Source: Antedon mediterranea | Lineage: Eukaryota; Animalia; Echinodermata | Length of the DNA stretch: 64,000 bases | Direction: 5' to 3' | Assembly (NCBI RefSeq): GCF_964355755.1 | Contig: NC_092670.1 | Coordinates: 23,670,795-23,734,794 of the forward strand | Part shown: positions 13,365-27,700 of the stretch, piece by piece | How positions within the stretch are numbered: the first letter of the stretch is position 1 | Layout: each line of letters begins with the position of its first letter | Translations under genes and position numbers: made by a program | The notes under the pieces: generated by a model | Told to the model about the DNA's origin: nothing | What the model saw: only the letters and a program-made list of their open reading frames with translations | The model's database searches: none

Positions 13365-14894
13365 ATGATTGTTGAGGAAACCCTTGGTGTAAACCTGACG
13401 GTTTTTCTATTGTTTGTCTGCGTACTTCTTGTGATGATAATTGCAAAGCGGATAATGGATGGAAAACATACTCTACCGCCTAATTGCAAAGAGATACCTG
13501 GCCCACCTGGGTTACCGCTTGTCGGTAATATATTTGATATGGATAGAAATGATCAACAAAAAAGCATAGATGAACTAGCAGAACAGTATGGAAACATATT
13601 TAAAATTCATATTTTCAGGACACCGGTTGTTGTACTTAATGGTTACGACGTGATATCACAGGCGCTAAAACAGCAGTCCGTAGACTTTGCAGGAAGGCCT
13701 CGGTTCCACTCATTTAACGTTATGCATAAATTAAAAAGCGGGTTCCTTTCGTTTGGTGACTATTCTGATACGTGGAAGGCTCATCGTAAAATTAGTGAGG
13801 TTACCCTCAAGACATACATGTCTGGACGGAGTGTGAACAATCTTGAGCAACGTATTAGTGACGAAGTTAAGAATCTGATTGCTGTACTTACAGATAATAA
13901 CAATACAGACGGTAGGGTTTTAGAACCAACGACAATGATAAAATTGTCTGTGTGCAATATCATGTTTTCATATATGTTTGGAAGCCAACGTTCTTACAGT
14001 GATTCAAAACTTCATGACTTTTTAGCCACATCGCACAAGTTCACAAAAGCGACTGGGAGCGGGACGTCCGTTGATTTTCTGCCAGGAATACAATATTTTC
14101 CGAGCAAAACCATAACTGATTTGAAAGAAATAATACTTGAACTTGTAGATATATTGTCAGGGGACATTCAACGTCACAGAAATAATCATGTTCAAGGTGT
14201 TGCAAACGACATGTTTGATCATTTGCTGAATGTGTCGAAATCGACGAAAAACGAAGTAGATGAGGAAAGGATTGTGAGTACTGTGTATGATATGTTTGGT
14301 GCAGGGTTCGACACAATATCTATGTCTCTGACCTGGGCGCTATTACTAATGGTAAACTACCCTGAGATACAAGATGCTGTTCAGGAGGAGTTATCCAGGG
14401 TTGTCGGTGATAGACTCCCATCGCTTGAAGATAAGCAGAACCTACCATTTACCGAGGCTTGCATTTTGGAAACTTTGAGATTTATTACCATCGCTCCGTT
14501 TGCCATTCCCCACAGTACGACGAGGGATACGACGTTGTACGACTACTTCATTCCTAAAGGTACAACTATTTTTGTAAACTTGTACTCTGTGCACCATGAT
14601 AAAACACGCTGGGTGAACCCGGAATCGTTCAACCCGGCAAGGTTTTTAACAAAAGACGGTCAGTTAGACCGCGTAAAGGTTGATCAGATTATGCCGTTCT
14701 CCGCTGGTAGGAGGAGGTGTCTGGGATCAGATCTTGCAAAAACCGAACTATTCATCTTCTTCTCTCACTTGCTTCATCAGTGTCATTTTGAGTCGGCAGC
14801 TGCAGAAAAGCCTTCATTGGAACGGATTCACGGTCTGACTGTTAGGCCTAGAAATTTCAAACTTAAGATACGTCCAAGAGTTACTGCAAATTGA
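13365..14894 (+). CDS. CYP1: Cytochrome P450, CYP1 family (CYP1A/1C-like), single coding exon, about 509 aa
   Basis: Uninterrupted ORF. The first ATG is at 13365 (the ORF track start at 13335 is TTG). Motifs: N-terminal TM anchor, proline hinge IPGPPGLPLVGN, DFAGRP, WKAHR (WxxxR), I-helix FGAGFDT, ETLR (ExxR), PHSTT, PARF, heme motif FSAGRRRCLG. DFAGRP, GAGFDT and PHSTT are typical of CYP1. The subfamily cannot be assigned without a phylogeny. Confidence 0.93.
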   Translation: MIVEETLGVNLTVFLLFVCVLLVMIIAKRIMDGKHTLPPNCKEIPGPPGLPLVGNIFDMDRNDQQKSIDELAEQYGNIFKIHIFRTPVVVLNGYDVISQALKQQSVDFAGRPRFHSFNVMHKLKSGFLSFGDYSDTWKAHRKISEVTLKTYMSGRSVNNLEQRISDEVKNLIAVLTDNNNTDGRVLEPTTMIKLSVCNIMFSYMFGSQRSYSDSKLHDFLATSHKFTKATGSGTSVDFLPGIQYFPSKTITDLKEIILELVDILSGDIQRHRNNHVQGVANDMFDHLLNVSKSTKNEVDEERIVSTVYDMFGAGFDTISMSLTWALLLMVNYPEIQDAVQEELSRVVGDRLPSLEDKQNLPFTEACILETLRFITIAPFAIPHSTTRDTTLYDYFIPKGTTIFVNLYSVHHDKTRWVNPESFNPARFLTKDGQLDRVKVDQIMPFSAGRRRCLGSDLAKTELFIFFSHLLHQCHFESAAAEKPSLERIHGLTVRPRNFKLKIRPRVTAN

Positions 14895-17800
14895 TACTCA
14901 TTCCTGAAAACGAACAGAAACCATTTTAGTGACCAGAAAAGAGGCGGGTAATAACGTGTTTAATGTAGGTAATGAAATCATGTTCTGTAAGAATATCAAG
15001 CGAAGTAAGTTTATATTGCGCCTAAAAAACGAAGAATGGAAACTACAATTAACAGCTATAATTTAAGTAGCGTTTTTAAACATCTGAACAAGTTTCTTTC
15101 AAAATTGTGTGTGATAGAAAATACCGGTAAATGAATGTAAGTCTTATGGACATTCTTTGTTAATTTGTAAGATGTGTTTGAATCAGGCCTAACTAAATGT
15201 ATTCAGGAATACAGAAAATATTTCAGTTTTTTGTTTTAAAAAATTATTATTTTTTCAAACTGAAACAAAATTGCTGTTGTCGGGCTTAAGATCTAATTGT
15301 TGTCATCAATTTAAAGCATTTTTCTATCACTTATTTCATCAATAAAACGAACCTTTTAAAAGAGTGACACACTCTGTAGCATCTATGATCTTCAAAACCA
15401 TGAAAAATGAAGGTTAATAAAAAGACTCTGAATAGGTGATTTTACCGTTTTAATAAAGTTAGGCCTAATCACTTTCGTAGAAAGTTTTTAAACTTTTATT
15501 GCCTAAAGACAAAAATGAAAACTGTTAAATAAAAAAAAACAAAACATTAGCTTCCAGTAAATTTGACTATGTTTGCTTTAGATTATAGTTTTTTCAGGTA
15601 AATATTTTTTACGATCCAATTTTTTTTTTTTTTTCAAAGTGAATAACTATTATGTGACATTTAAAAAAAATGTACAATGTACTGGCGTTTGTTTATATAT
15701 CCTTTCGCAATTTATATAGGCCTAAGGCTTGCATTCAATGTATATATGTAAATACTCCTTTTCATATTTTTTGTATTCTTTCTATTGTATGTAGGCCTAC
15801 TGTTAATTCGTATATTTGTCATTATTAGCTAAATAGTAATAATTCAAAATTGGAAACATTTAGCACAATTCTTATGTTTTATAAACTTTTTTACAAATCG
15901 CATTTCATACTATTAATATGTAAAACCTTGTTCACAGAATAAGACAAATATTGGGAAATAAAAAAAAAAATATCGCCAAATTGAAAGAAACTCGGTAAAT
16001 ACTTCTGCACATTAAAGTTATGTGATTGTGCTTAAAGTTGTTCTGTATTTGTATTCATATAAATCTTTCGATAAATTATTTATGTAATAAATCATATGAA
16101 TAGACGTAATATTTTATGTAGTTTAAGTTATTCACAATCAGAATGTTTTATATAATATAATTTGTACATCATAATATAGTTCTTTAAACTCAGCAGTCAC
16201 GTTATTTCTCTTGTATTTTCAACAGTCAGCCTTTCAGCATTTTTCAGAATTCTGTAAAGTTATTAAATGTATTAAATGATTTTATATAATATATATATAT
16301 ATATAATTCAAAAATATATTCAGATATAGTTGTATTATTTCGTTGTACAGTAAGCGCATATCGGTTGTATAACCAGAAGTCATAGTTATATAATACTCAA
16401 AGCTCACATCCGTGATCGACTTACTACGGAATTAATAAATAAACTTTTGCTTAACATTTCAACTAATATTTCTAAACTTAAAACAGTTATTTTTTTATTA
16501 ATGATTCGGCCTGCACGCGACCTATTAAAACACCTAAATGTTCAGGGGTTCTGTACTATTGCGTTCGATCTAACTCAGACATTTTAATCTTAAAACTTGT
16601 GGCAACAATTACAACTTCAGACAGGTTAATTAAAGCTGATTGTCACGGATTTACGAGAGGACTTTATTGGTGGTTTGAGGTTAATATAAAAATATTAAAA
16701 ACATCAGACAATTTAATTGAAGTTGATCCGGACACCATTGAAGGTATAACACTTTGTAGAATACCTTTGTTATTTTTAGGTAAAATAGAAATCAGACAAT
16801 TTAATTGAAATATTTGTGTATAATGTACAGTCAGGGAAGAGTTAAATTAAATGTAATTTAACTCTTCCCTGTGGTACAGTGGCCTATAGCTATAAGACTC
16901 ATATGAGTTTATTTGATTTTAAAATGAGACATCATAATTGATGGATAGGATCTTATTGGTGATTTGAGCAGGGCTATGACGAGTCTATTATTATGAAGGG
17001 GTGACAATAGTTTCGGGCTAGCATTGCAAATCAGACTTCTTAATTAATGATGTTCAATTAAGGTGTTTGCCGAAGAAGTCTGGTATTTCGTCAGGTAAAT
17101 ATCCTTCTTGGAATTATCCCTAAATTTATTTGTGTCTGCGACGGTGAATCGCGTGACAACCAAATAATAGTAACTTTCTTAATGACAGAAAAGGTGTTGA
17201 TAATCTGATTAGTTACTTAATTCTTGCCAATACATTGTTCGTTTATTATCGGTAAATAGGTGTAGACACGTACCCCATGGCTAACCCTAGGCCATGTAAC
17301 GTCTCATACAAATAAATCCGCCGCTAGAAGACGATCAGCATAATCATATTAATTATCAAAATTAAATCTACTGATAAATATTGTATAGATACATAGTTAG
17401 TCCCTTTTTTATAGAACAATCTAAATAATATTGTTTAAACATGTTTTTTTTTGTCTGAAGTTGGAGAGACACGCCCTTTTAATGATAATGTAATTTCTCT
17501 CCCCAATGCGTCATGTTTCACTGAAAGCAATACAAATGTTATCTGATTATTGTTTTGCTCGGTCCCGAATTGTTTCAAAACATATTCCTATACCAGCACT
17601 CGGCAAAGCTGCCTTACGCCTAATTAATAATAATAATGTGAAGTAGATGTTTCTATTTTCTGCTGCTGCATATTCCATACCGGGTACTCTCTGTATTATG
17701 TCTGTAGTTTACTTTTACGAAGAGTTCGTTTACTAAAAGAAAAGTAACGCTTAAAAGAAAATTGTTGCTTACTAGTTAATTTGTGCTTGTGCATGTTAGC

Positions 17801-20784
17801 TTTGGCTACTTAAATATGATCGCAATTAAGAATGTTTAATTAGTTCGTCTACACGTTAGGTGTCTGACGAGGGTAATTCACAACGCTGATTGCCAAAAAA
17901 TGAACTGAAATAGATCTGTGGTTTATTGGTATCATTAAATCTAATTAGTTAGATGTCTGGTTGATAATTAAATCATTTGGAGTTATATACTGTAGTATAC
18001 TGTATATAAGCCATTTTATTAAATTAAAGTGGCGCAATGGTAAGTTATTACGGTGAGTTATGTATATAATAATTATGTACGTGTACTGTACACTTTGCAG
18101 TATAATATAGGCCTACCTACATTTTTACAGGATTTGAATTCTGGTTCGGACTTCATTACAATATAAAACGATATATAGGCCTATAGGCATATATTATATA
18201 TAAGCGGAACGTTCCGGGTTCGAATAACGGTTTACAGATTTTAATTAATTAATTAATTAATTAATTTTCAGTATATCCATGGGCGCTTTAACATTTCTTC
18301 TGTGTCTGTGATGTTTATATTAGAAATATGTATATGTATCCGTTATACTTCATACTATAGCAGAATGTTACGAAGGCCTATGAATTATGTATTTGATAAT
18401 GGAGCTATTAACTTTATTAATGTATCTATCACGGCCGAGAAGACATGTAATCTTTGGCTTTAATTATTACAATAAAAAATAACTGTGATGTGTAAATGTG
18501 ATATATAATAATACTATTCTGTTAATGTAAAGTAGAAAATATCAGGCCACCTATTCTGTGCTACCCCCTGGATACCCCTGAAGCTAACAGCTGGTTGGGA
18601 CAATGACATTTAAAGGAATTACGTGCGGAGGTCAATATTGTAATATTTCGCTGTTATATTATGTTGAAGTTATATTCATCATAAGCCAAGTTTGAATTTG
18701 TTACAAGTTGTACCTATGATCACCATGCACACGTGTATTTCCAAGTGTATATGTTTGCTTATTTTCTGGCAGCATTTACATTCAAGATAAATCATATTGC
18801 CCTACATCATGCAGCTGATATAACAATGAGCATACGCAAAATGACTATCAGACTCAATAGCTTTGCTGTCGCGCGACAAAAGGGAATTCCGGTCAGGAAA
18901 AAAAGGGGAAACCTAGATCATACTTTAAAACCCGTATAATCTTATACCTAATTACATATTATACGAATTAACATTCTGAGACTCATACGGAAGCCCCTCT
19001 ACGCTGCAGTTAGTAAAATATCCTTTACCCCTTCGTAACGTGTGGCATGCGTGTGATATTCGTGTGCTACCCCATGTGATATTTGCGTAGGCCCCATCGT
19101 CATCAACATCGTCAATGCCATATTTTATAATTACAACTGTGAACAAATAAAACAGCATATTTTATGACAAATAAGCTTTTTATCGTACTTCAAAGTTTCT
19201 ACAATACAGCAAGCTCTCCACTGCTAGATTTACATCCGTAATTAAGTACTCGAAAGTAGGTCAAACAACAAACAGTTATATAAATTGTCCGCTTACTTTG
19301 AACAAATGAATTTTTGGATGCAATTTCATTTGCAGTCTTTTCTTATTGACTGTTTTGTTTTACGGGTTTTTTACTGTCACGGCATTAATGCATTTTTGTC
19401 AAACAAATGGATGATATGCCTAGGTGTCTTTACATAGGCCTGCCGTATAACCAAATGTACCCCGTTATGTAATATCCTCGGCTGTGCAGGGGGTTGTAGG
19501 CCTGAGATATGTGATGGGTAAAAGAATGACTTCCCCGCAGGTTTATAGTATGTGATACAATATTCAGTTTTTATTTGCAGCAGGGAGATCTTTGGTATCA
19601 GGCCTACACCAATGAGGGGGTAATTATAGAGTAACAATCATAGGTAAGTGTGCTTATTTTTTTGGCTAGTAAGACCATGGAGATAAACCTCCATGGTAAG
19701 ATTTAAGCCTACATTATATATTGCTTGAAATAATTATAGGAGAATCATACATCGTAAATATTTATTTTATAATCATCAGTTGATATAATAAGGCATTTAT
19801 ATAAATATTCACTAAGTTTCCGTGTTCCCCTGTTTGTCATGACATTTTTTTCGTTTCCTTTTTGGGGTGGTCTGCGGAACCATGGCTCCCGGTTGTTGAG
19901 AGCCGATAATTCAATTAATTAATATTATAAAACGCTAAATCAACAGATAATTTTTATTATAGGCCTATGTATAAAAACATTTTATCATATTTATCATTTT
20001 TATGTTGGAATGAACTTGTAATTTTAATTACTTATTAATAGCTATTTTAATATTGTAAATTGAACAATGTTTACTTTGTTGCAATAAAGAATTTGAATTT
20101 GGATGCGACGCAAACACGCAGACACAATCCACAAGTGACAGTTGGGGTGATCCGTCTGCTCCTTGTCATTGGTCAACTCGCTTGCGTCATTACGCTTACG
20201 TCCTTGCGCGTTCTAGTAGTCAAACTCAAAGTACGCAAACTTTAAATGCGCGAAAATAAAACCAGCGCCACACTCATGTAGTTAGCGTTTCAGATTTAGG
20301 CTTGGCTGGGAAAAAATGATTAAAACGATAGCCAACAAATTATATGTTTGCAAACAGTTACGATAATTACAAAAATTCTATTCAAAATCCAAAACCTAAT
20401 AACTCACTTCAATGGACAAATCTTTCAAATTGTAAGAATAATTGTTTTCGAAGGATAATTATTCTACTCGATCACATTTTGATGATCTTGCCAATAGGCA
20501 ATAGATGTTTATCTTATTTCAGGGTCTACTGTCTTTAATGTTAACATTATATCATCGACATTGAGATTATGTTGTCTGTAAAATTTTGAGATATGGGCAG
20601 CTGTGTTTATGAAATGAATAATGATGTGTAAATCTCGTAATCACGTTCCAATGAATTTTTATCGTAATATGAAAAAGTCTTCGAAATTGAACTTTAGAAA
20701 AGTATGTATGTTTAGCTTTTCAGAATAATTGATCACAACAAAATGAAAAAAGAATTAGGCATATCTAAATAGTAACATCTTAAT

Positions 20785-20880
20785 TTATTATTTATTTATT
20801 TATTTATTTTCATCATCATCATCATCATCATCAATTAACAACATAATCATCATACCTCTAATCATTATCATCATCAGTCA
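20785..20880. repeat. (TTTA)n and (ATC)n microsatellites
   Basis: Direct reading. Confidence 0.85.
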
Positions 20881-23800
20881 TCTTCCTCATCTATATTTTT
20901 AAAATTAGTTCGAAGTGTGATTTTGGCTTTACCGTTGTCACATTGAAGGCAACTTATTAATCACAAGCTACCACACTTGACCAATTAATAACCTCGTTAC
21001 GTCTTCTTCATTACAGTCACATTAGTGAGGGTGTTACGTAATATGTGGCTCATCATTCGATGACAACTGAAAATGAATCGGAACATAACGATCACCTTAG
21101 GTTGATTAATAATTTTGCGTCTAACATTGTATCAAAGTTCCACATTTTTTAATATTTTAATACCTTAAAGTTAATAAGATTGGATGTGGTAAATAATTCG
21201 ATCCAAGTAGGCCCAACCATCTTTATCCTGTCTGTCAACTCCGCCCCGTGTCAACTCAGCCCCGCGTCAAGAATGAGAATATACCCCTCTCTGAGCTATA
21301 GCGATGTATAATAGCGCTCTATCAGTATAAATAGAGCCCAAATTATATGCATGGGCTACCATTTCTGGGGCCCGCAAAAACGTGAAAGAAAATCCAGTGA
21401 ATGCTCGCTCACTGTACCGAACGGTACGGTTTACCACAGAAAATATGTTTTTGTTTTGTGTCCAAAAAGACCTGAACTGAACCTGCGAATTATGTTTTGT
21501 ACATCATGAAAGAATACGGTAGTAATTGGCCTTAGAAACACTTTTAGGCCTACACTGTGATTTTACACTCGTACGATTTTATGTTCGATTTGTTGACAAT
21601 AACCATGGATTCGATACACTTTACTTACCATGGTAAAATACCAGAATAATACTTACTATTGTACACTACGTTTTGATAAAAACAATTTTTACAAGTTGCG
21701 TTAGGGAATTTGACACTTTGCCAAGTTGAAAATTACACAGCTTTCACTTTAATTTGTACATTAATCATGCATAACCTTTAAGTCAAAAATTATTACAAAA
21801 CTGTTTTTTTTCTTCTCTTCGTGGTATTAATCAGTAAAGAGTAAACTCGTGGTTTACTCTAAGATTAAACACTCCTTGTTATATGTAGTCCGTTAGTCGA
21901 TTAATATTATTTAGGTCTAATTGTGCATATTTATTGTTTTATTTGTTTGTTCTAGTTTATATACACATGCTTGGACCTTTTGGAAGTTAAATTCTACATT
22001 GAGAGAAGCTTGTACTTTAGAAAAACCTAACATTATATTTATTATATGGTAATTATTAAGGGTCCGTCAGGTTGCAGAAAAATAAAAATAGTCATTAAAG
22101 CCTGTTTATCCCCTACCTAAATCCGCGCCTGATTATGTTTATGACAAAATATGACATGATAATAGGCCTCAAGACCTTTTGTTGTTTGACCTGGTGAAAT
22201 TACTGTTAGTGTAGCATTATTGTATTGTACAGTATTTAGGCCTACATTGTCACGTATACCCATTTGTTACTGGTACAAATTGTCAATCGTAACTCTCGGC
22301 ATCTTTAGCGTATTTGTTTTGACGTTGAGTTGTATTATATTAGTACAATAATAATTTATACCTCGCGTGCAGGTATTCTACAACGGCTATTATATCCTTT
22401 TGTAAAGGAACTTGGATCAAGGACAAGTATTGTCAGTCGTTGGGAATTGTCTCACGAACAATCTACTAACTATCCACTTTTTATTGTTGATACAAATCAC
22501 GTATACCACATGTATAAAATATTTAGAAAAATTTAACAAGACTGAGGAATGATGGCGTTTCACCACAATATTTGGTCTATCATAAAAATAATATGCCTAT
22601 ATATTCTATTAAATATACATTATAATATAATCAATCTGTTAAACATATTTAAGCAATGTTTTCCACTATGTAAGGACGTAATGCGCGCAACGCACAATTC
22701 AACGAATAAAGTTACGGATCATCATCAATTGTCGATTGTTATGGATTTTGTCTGTTATATGTATAGGGGCCTACAATACTTAGTAAAACCTCTCGGTTAT
22801 TTGATTGTTGGTGCCTTATATACAGCCCCTCGTTGGCACCAATATTCTATGGTTCAATGAAGCCGAAAATTACCGTTTTCCGTGAATAATAATCTACCCA
22901 CAAAAAACAAATAATAACTGTTTAAGCTTCTAGTAATCTCACTATTATACTCCTGCACTGTGATCATAATGTTGAACTTTTGCTTATAATTACCATATCC
23001 TGAAATTATAGGCCACAAATCACCGGTGTATACCTAGTAAAGTTCCGCTGTCTTAGCTTTGTTCTTTACTTGGAGTATATGGTATTATGTGATAGCCTAG
23101 TGTCATTCCCACCCAACCATTCTCACGGAAGGTGTTTGCATATACATTGTACAATTTCCTTCATTAGCGTCCAAACTCCTCGAGGCTCCTCCAATTGCCC
23201 CTGTATGACATTCGTAAATATATACAGTAATATCTTTATAATTATACATAAGCCTATTAGTTATTTATTTTCAATGTTAATTTCCGATTCTTTATTATTA
23301 TTCTGAATATTTGAATATGGTTACGGTATAGAATATTGTCTGTATAGCGTATTCTACAGGTTTTATGCAAATTTAATTATTTGTACTGCTGTGCAGCTTT
23401 CTAAAGGAAACTATCTGGCAAGCAATATTTTGAAGTAAAGTGTACTTTAGATAAATGCATTGATTAACAATACTGTAGTGAAGGTCATGGGAAAATACAC
23501 AGTTTAGTCATTTTAGTGTATAGTAGGCCTAATACAAATATATATTCGTTTTGAATTAGCTCAGATCAAATGCATGTAGGCCTATACGCTTAATTGAAAT
23601 ATACTGATAATTAATAATTAAAATCAGTGATACAGTCTGATCCACGATTGACTGATTCATCAGAATTTGAATCAATAAATCAATCAGTTGATAAAATTGA
23701 CTGTATATTGGGCTATTTTTAACTCTTAAAAGAGTTTACTGAGGAGTTTCGGGCGAATTGGTGTGTAGCTCAAAATTTTATAAATAATCTTATGCTCTAT

Positions 23801-24779
23801 GATGTGTTATACGATCATTCCAGCACAGGGGCTTACATCAAAATCTTAGCCCTATACTCGTCCTAAAATATGTGTAGGCCTACTCGAGCGAATTGTGCAC
23901 TCATAATTATCCGACGAAATCACCATGGCTATGGAGCATAGGCAGATACCATTAAAGAAGAGGATCAACTCTCATGCCGCCCTAAAAAAATCTGCCTCAG
24001 ACTACAGTAGGCCTGTGTTACACAGTATATTAGTGGTCGGCTCATTGGTATGTAAAATAATCAAAAATACCATTCACTTGTTTTTTAATGATTATATATT
24101 GGAAAAAGGGCAGAAGGCTGTGCATTCATTTGTACGAATACGAATACGAATAGAACTGTATCAAACGAAAGATTGTTTAATGAAGTTTAACAAAAGCGTT
24201 TCACTCAGAAAAATAAAATGCAATATAAAAATATAAAAGAAATTTAGAAAGGTAGAACATACAATCAAAATATTAAAACAAAATTACAATTACATATCAC
24301 TTATTATAAAAACAATAAATATATATTTAAAATGTTAAAAACAAGTTTAACTGAAAACATCAGAATATAGATATAGGCGCGCCTGCATAATAAAAATTTA
24401 AAAGTTTAAAAAATTTTTACAAATTTAAAAAATGTTAAAAACTACAGTGTACCGGAAATTGTATTGTCTTCTGCCAAAATATTTATCTTTTTACTAATAT
24501 TAAGACAAAACTCCGTCTGGAACCCAGACTAGATTACGATATGAATACCGACCGAAATTTTAGTTCAAATTATCATATACTTTACTTATAGAGGGCGGCA
24601 GTAGTTTAAAGTTGGATATCATAATATGAATTAAAAACATTACAGGTTTTGTGGTTCAGATTTAGATGAATCATGATGTGGACATTACCACCATAATTAT
24701 GCTGGCTGAATATAACTGTATTATGCACCATTTTATGTCGAAAAAATAAAAAATATGTATCACCTAAAATATCAACTGA

Positions 24780-27700
24780 ATATTATGTACCTTTACTATA
24801 TTCTGCGCATATATATATATAAACAATGGTCGAAATAACGACTTTTGAAATATGTAGAGGAGGTAACATGAACAGAATACATTATTTGATTCTGCGAATA
24901 TCAGATATGATATAGTTACCAATTATGTTAAATATGAAAGTGTTCAAATTTTGCTATTTTTTCGAGAATTTCCCTGTTAGTACAGGGATTTTTCAAAAAA
25001 ATGGCCAAAATATCGACTTTTTTAAAATATGTTGCGGTAGCATGCGCAGAACACATTATGTTATTCTGCGCATAACAATTATGATAAAGTAACCAATTAT
25101 GTTACAAATGAAAGTGTCAAAATGTTGCCATTTTTTGAAAAATTCTCTGTACTATTATATTAAAATATTTTGAGGTAACATGCGCAGGACACATTATGTG
25201 ATTCTGCGCATATGATTTATGATATACTAACCAATTATGTTACAAAATGAAAGTGTCAAAATTTTGCCATTTTTCGAAAAATTCTCTGTACTAAAGTACA
25301 GGAAATTGTTGAAAAATAGCCAAAATAACGACTTTAAAAATATGTTGAGGTAACATGTCAATATAAATAATCATATTAATAATGTTAAAGTAACCAATTA
25401 TGTTACAAATGAAAGTGTAAACTTTTTCGAGAATTTTCCTGTACTATAATAGTACAGGGATTTTTTGGCCAAAATACCGACTTTTAAAAAAAATGTGGAG
25501 GTAAAATGCGCAGGACACATTATGTGATTATGTGATTCTGTGCATATCAATAATTAACCAATTATGTTACCAAAAAGTGTCAAGTTTGGCAATTTTTCGA
25601 GAATTTTTTGACATTGTTACTATAGCATAATAAACATGCGCAGAGTCGAATAATCGGTTCTGCGCATGTCAATTATGCTATAGTAACACATTTTATCAAA
25701 ATATGGTCATTCATAGTAACCATTTATGTCAAAAATGTCGAAAATTACTATAGTATAGGGATGTAAAATTTCGACCTTTTTTTTTTCTCCGATAAAAATG
25801 GTTACTATAGCGTATTGCGCAGAACCGATTATTCGACTCTGCGCATGTTTATTATGCCATAGTTACCATTTATGAAAAAAAAATAAAAGGGTCAAAAATT
25901 GACAATTTTTTGACAAAATTTCTTGTACTTGTCTAGTACAGGGATTTTTTCGAAAAATGGCCAATTTTTTTTTTTTTTTCGATAAAACTGGTTACTATAG
26001 CATAATTGACATGCGCAGAACCATTTATTCCACTCTGCGCATGTTTATTATGGTATACTAACTATTTATGTAAAAAAATAAAAACGTCGAAATATTGTCA
26101 TTTTTCGACTATAGCATAATTGACATGGGCATAACCCATTATTTGACTCTGCGCATGTTTATTATGCTAAAATTGGCCACTTTTTAAAATTTACCCTTTT
26201 TTAAAAAAATTGCCAAATCATGATCGTTTTATTTTTCGATAAAACTGGTTACTATAGCATAATTGACATGCGCAGATCCGATTATTCGACTCTGCGCATG
26301 TTTATTATGCCATAGTTACCATTTATGACAAAAAAAATAAAAGGGTCGAAAATTGACAATTTTTTGACAACATTTCCTGTACTTGACTAGTACAGGGATT
26401 TTTTCAAAAAATGGCCAATTTTTTTTTTTAATTTTTCGATAAAACTGGTTACTATAGCATAATTGACATGCGCAGAACCATTTATTCCACTCTGCGCATG
26501 TTTATTATGGTATAGTACCGTAACCATTTATGTAAAAAAATAAAAACGTCGAAATATTGTCATTTTTCGAAAAATCCCTGTACTATAGTACAGGGAAATG
26601 TTCGAAAATTGACAAATTTGGACCCTTCTATCTATTTATAAATGGTTACTATAGCATAATAAGCATGCACAGTAATCGGTTCCATTTATGTCAAAAAATA
26701 AAAGGGTCGAAAATTGGCCATTTTCGGTTACTATAGCATAATTGACATGGGCATAAACCATTATTTGACTCTGCGCATGTTTATTATGCTAAAATTGGCC
26801 ACTTTTTGAAAATTTACCTTTTTTTAAAAAAATTTCCAAATCATGATCGTTTTATTTTTCGATAAAACTGGTTACTATAGCATAATTGACATGAGCAGAA
26901 CCGATTATTTCGACTCTGCGCATGTTTATTATGCCATAGTTACCATTTATGACAAAAAAGTAAAAGGGTCGAAAATTGGCCATTTTTCGAAAATTTCCTT
27001 GTATTAGATTACTGGGATTTTTTTAAAAAAATGACCACAATCCGACCTTTTTGTTTTTCGATACCGTACAACTGGTTACTATAGCATAATTAACATGCTC
27101 AAAACACATTATTTGATTCTGCGCATATCAATTATGTTAAAATATGAAAGTGTCAAAAATTTGGCAATTTTTCGAAAATTTCTCTGTAGGCCTACTATAG
27201 TACAGGGATTTTATATCAAAAAATAAAAAAAAAATAAAAAAATTCCCTCTACTAAAATAATGACCAAAATAACGGCTTTATAAAATATGTTGAGGTAACC
27301 TTTTCGCAGAACACATTATGTGATTCTGTGCATTTCAATTATGATAGCCTATAGTAACCAATTATGTTAAAAAATGAAAGTCTGAATTTGGCCATTTTTG
27401 AAAATTTGACAAAATATCGACTTTTTAAAATATGTTAAGGTAACATGCGCAAAACACATTATGTTGTTCTGCGCATGTCAGTTATGATGATAGTACCCCT
27501 TATGTTAACAAATAAAAAGGCTGGAATTTTCCTGTACTAAGTACAATGATTTTTATTCGAAAAATGCCCAAAATAGCTTTAAAATTATGCTGATTAACAT
27601 GCGCAGCAGGACACATTATGTGATTCTGCGCAATCACTTTTTCGCTGTAGATAGTACAGGGATATTTTTCGAAAAATGGCCAAAATATTTTAAAAATATG

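Noticed and set aside
10995-19892. 15-bp inverted pair CCGGGAGCCATGGTT (10995) / AACCATGGCTCCCGG (19878) flanking CYP1, suggesting a captured gene
   Set aside because: There is no TSD or extended similarity. These are more likely two remnants of a dispersed small repeat.
21597-21640. Fourth CATGG..CCATG micro-element
   Set aside because: The flanking 7-mers (CAATAAC vs GTAAAAT) do not match and the internal palindrome is poor.
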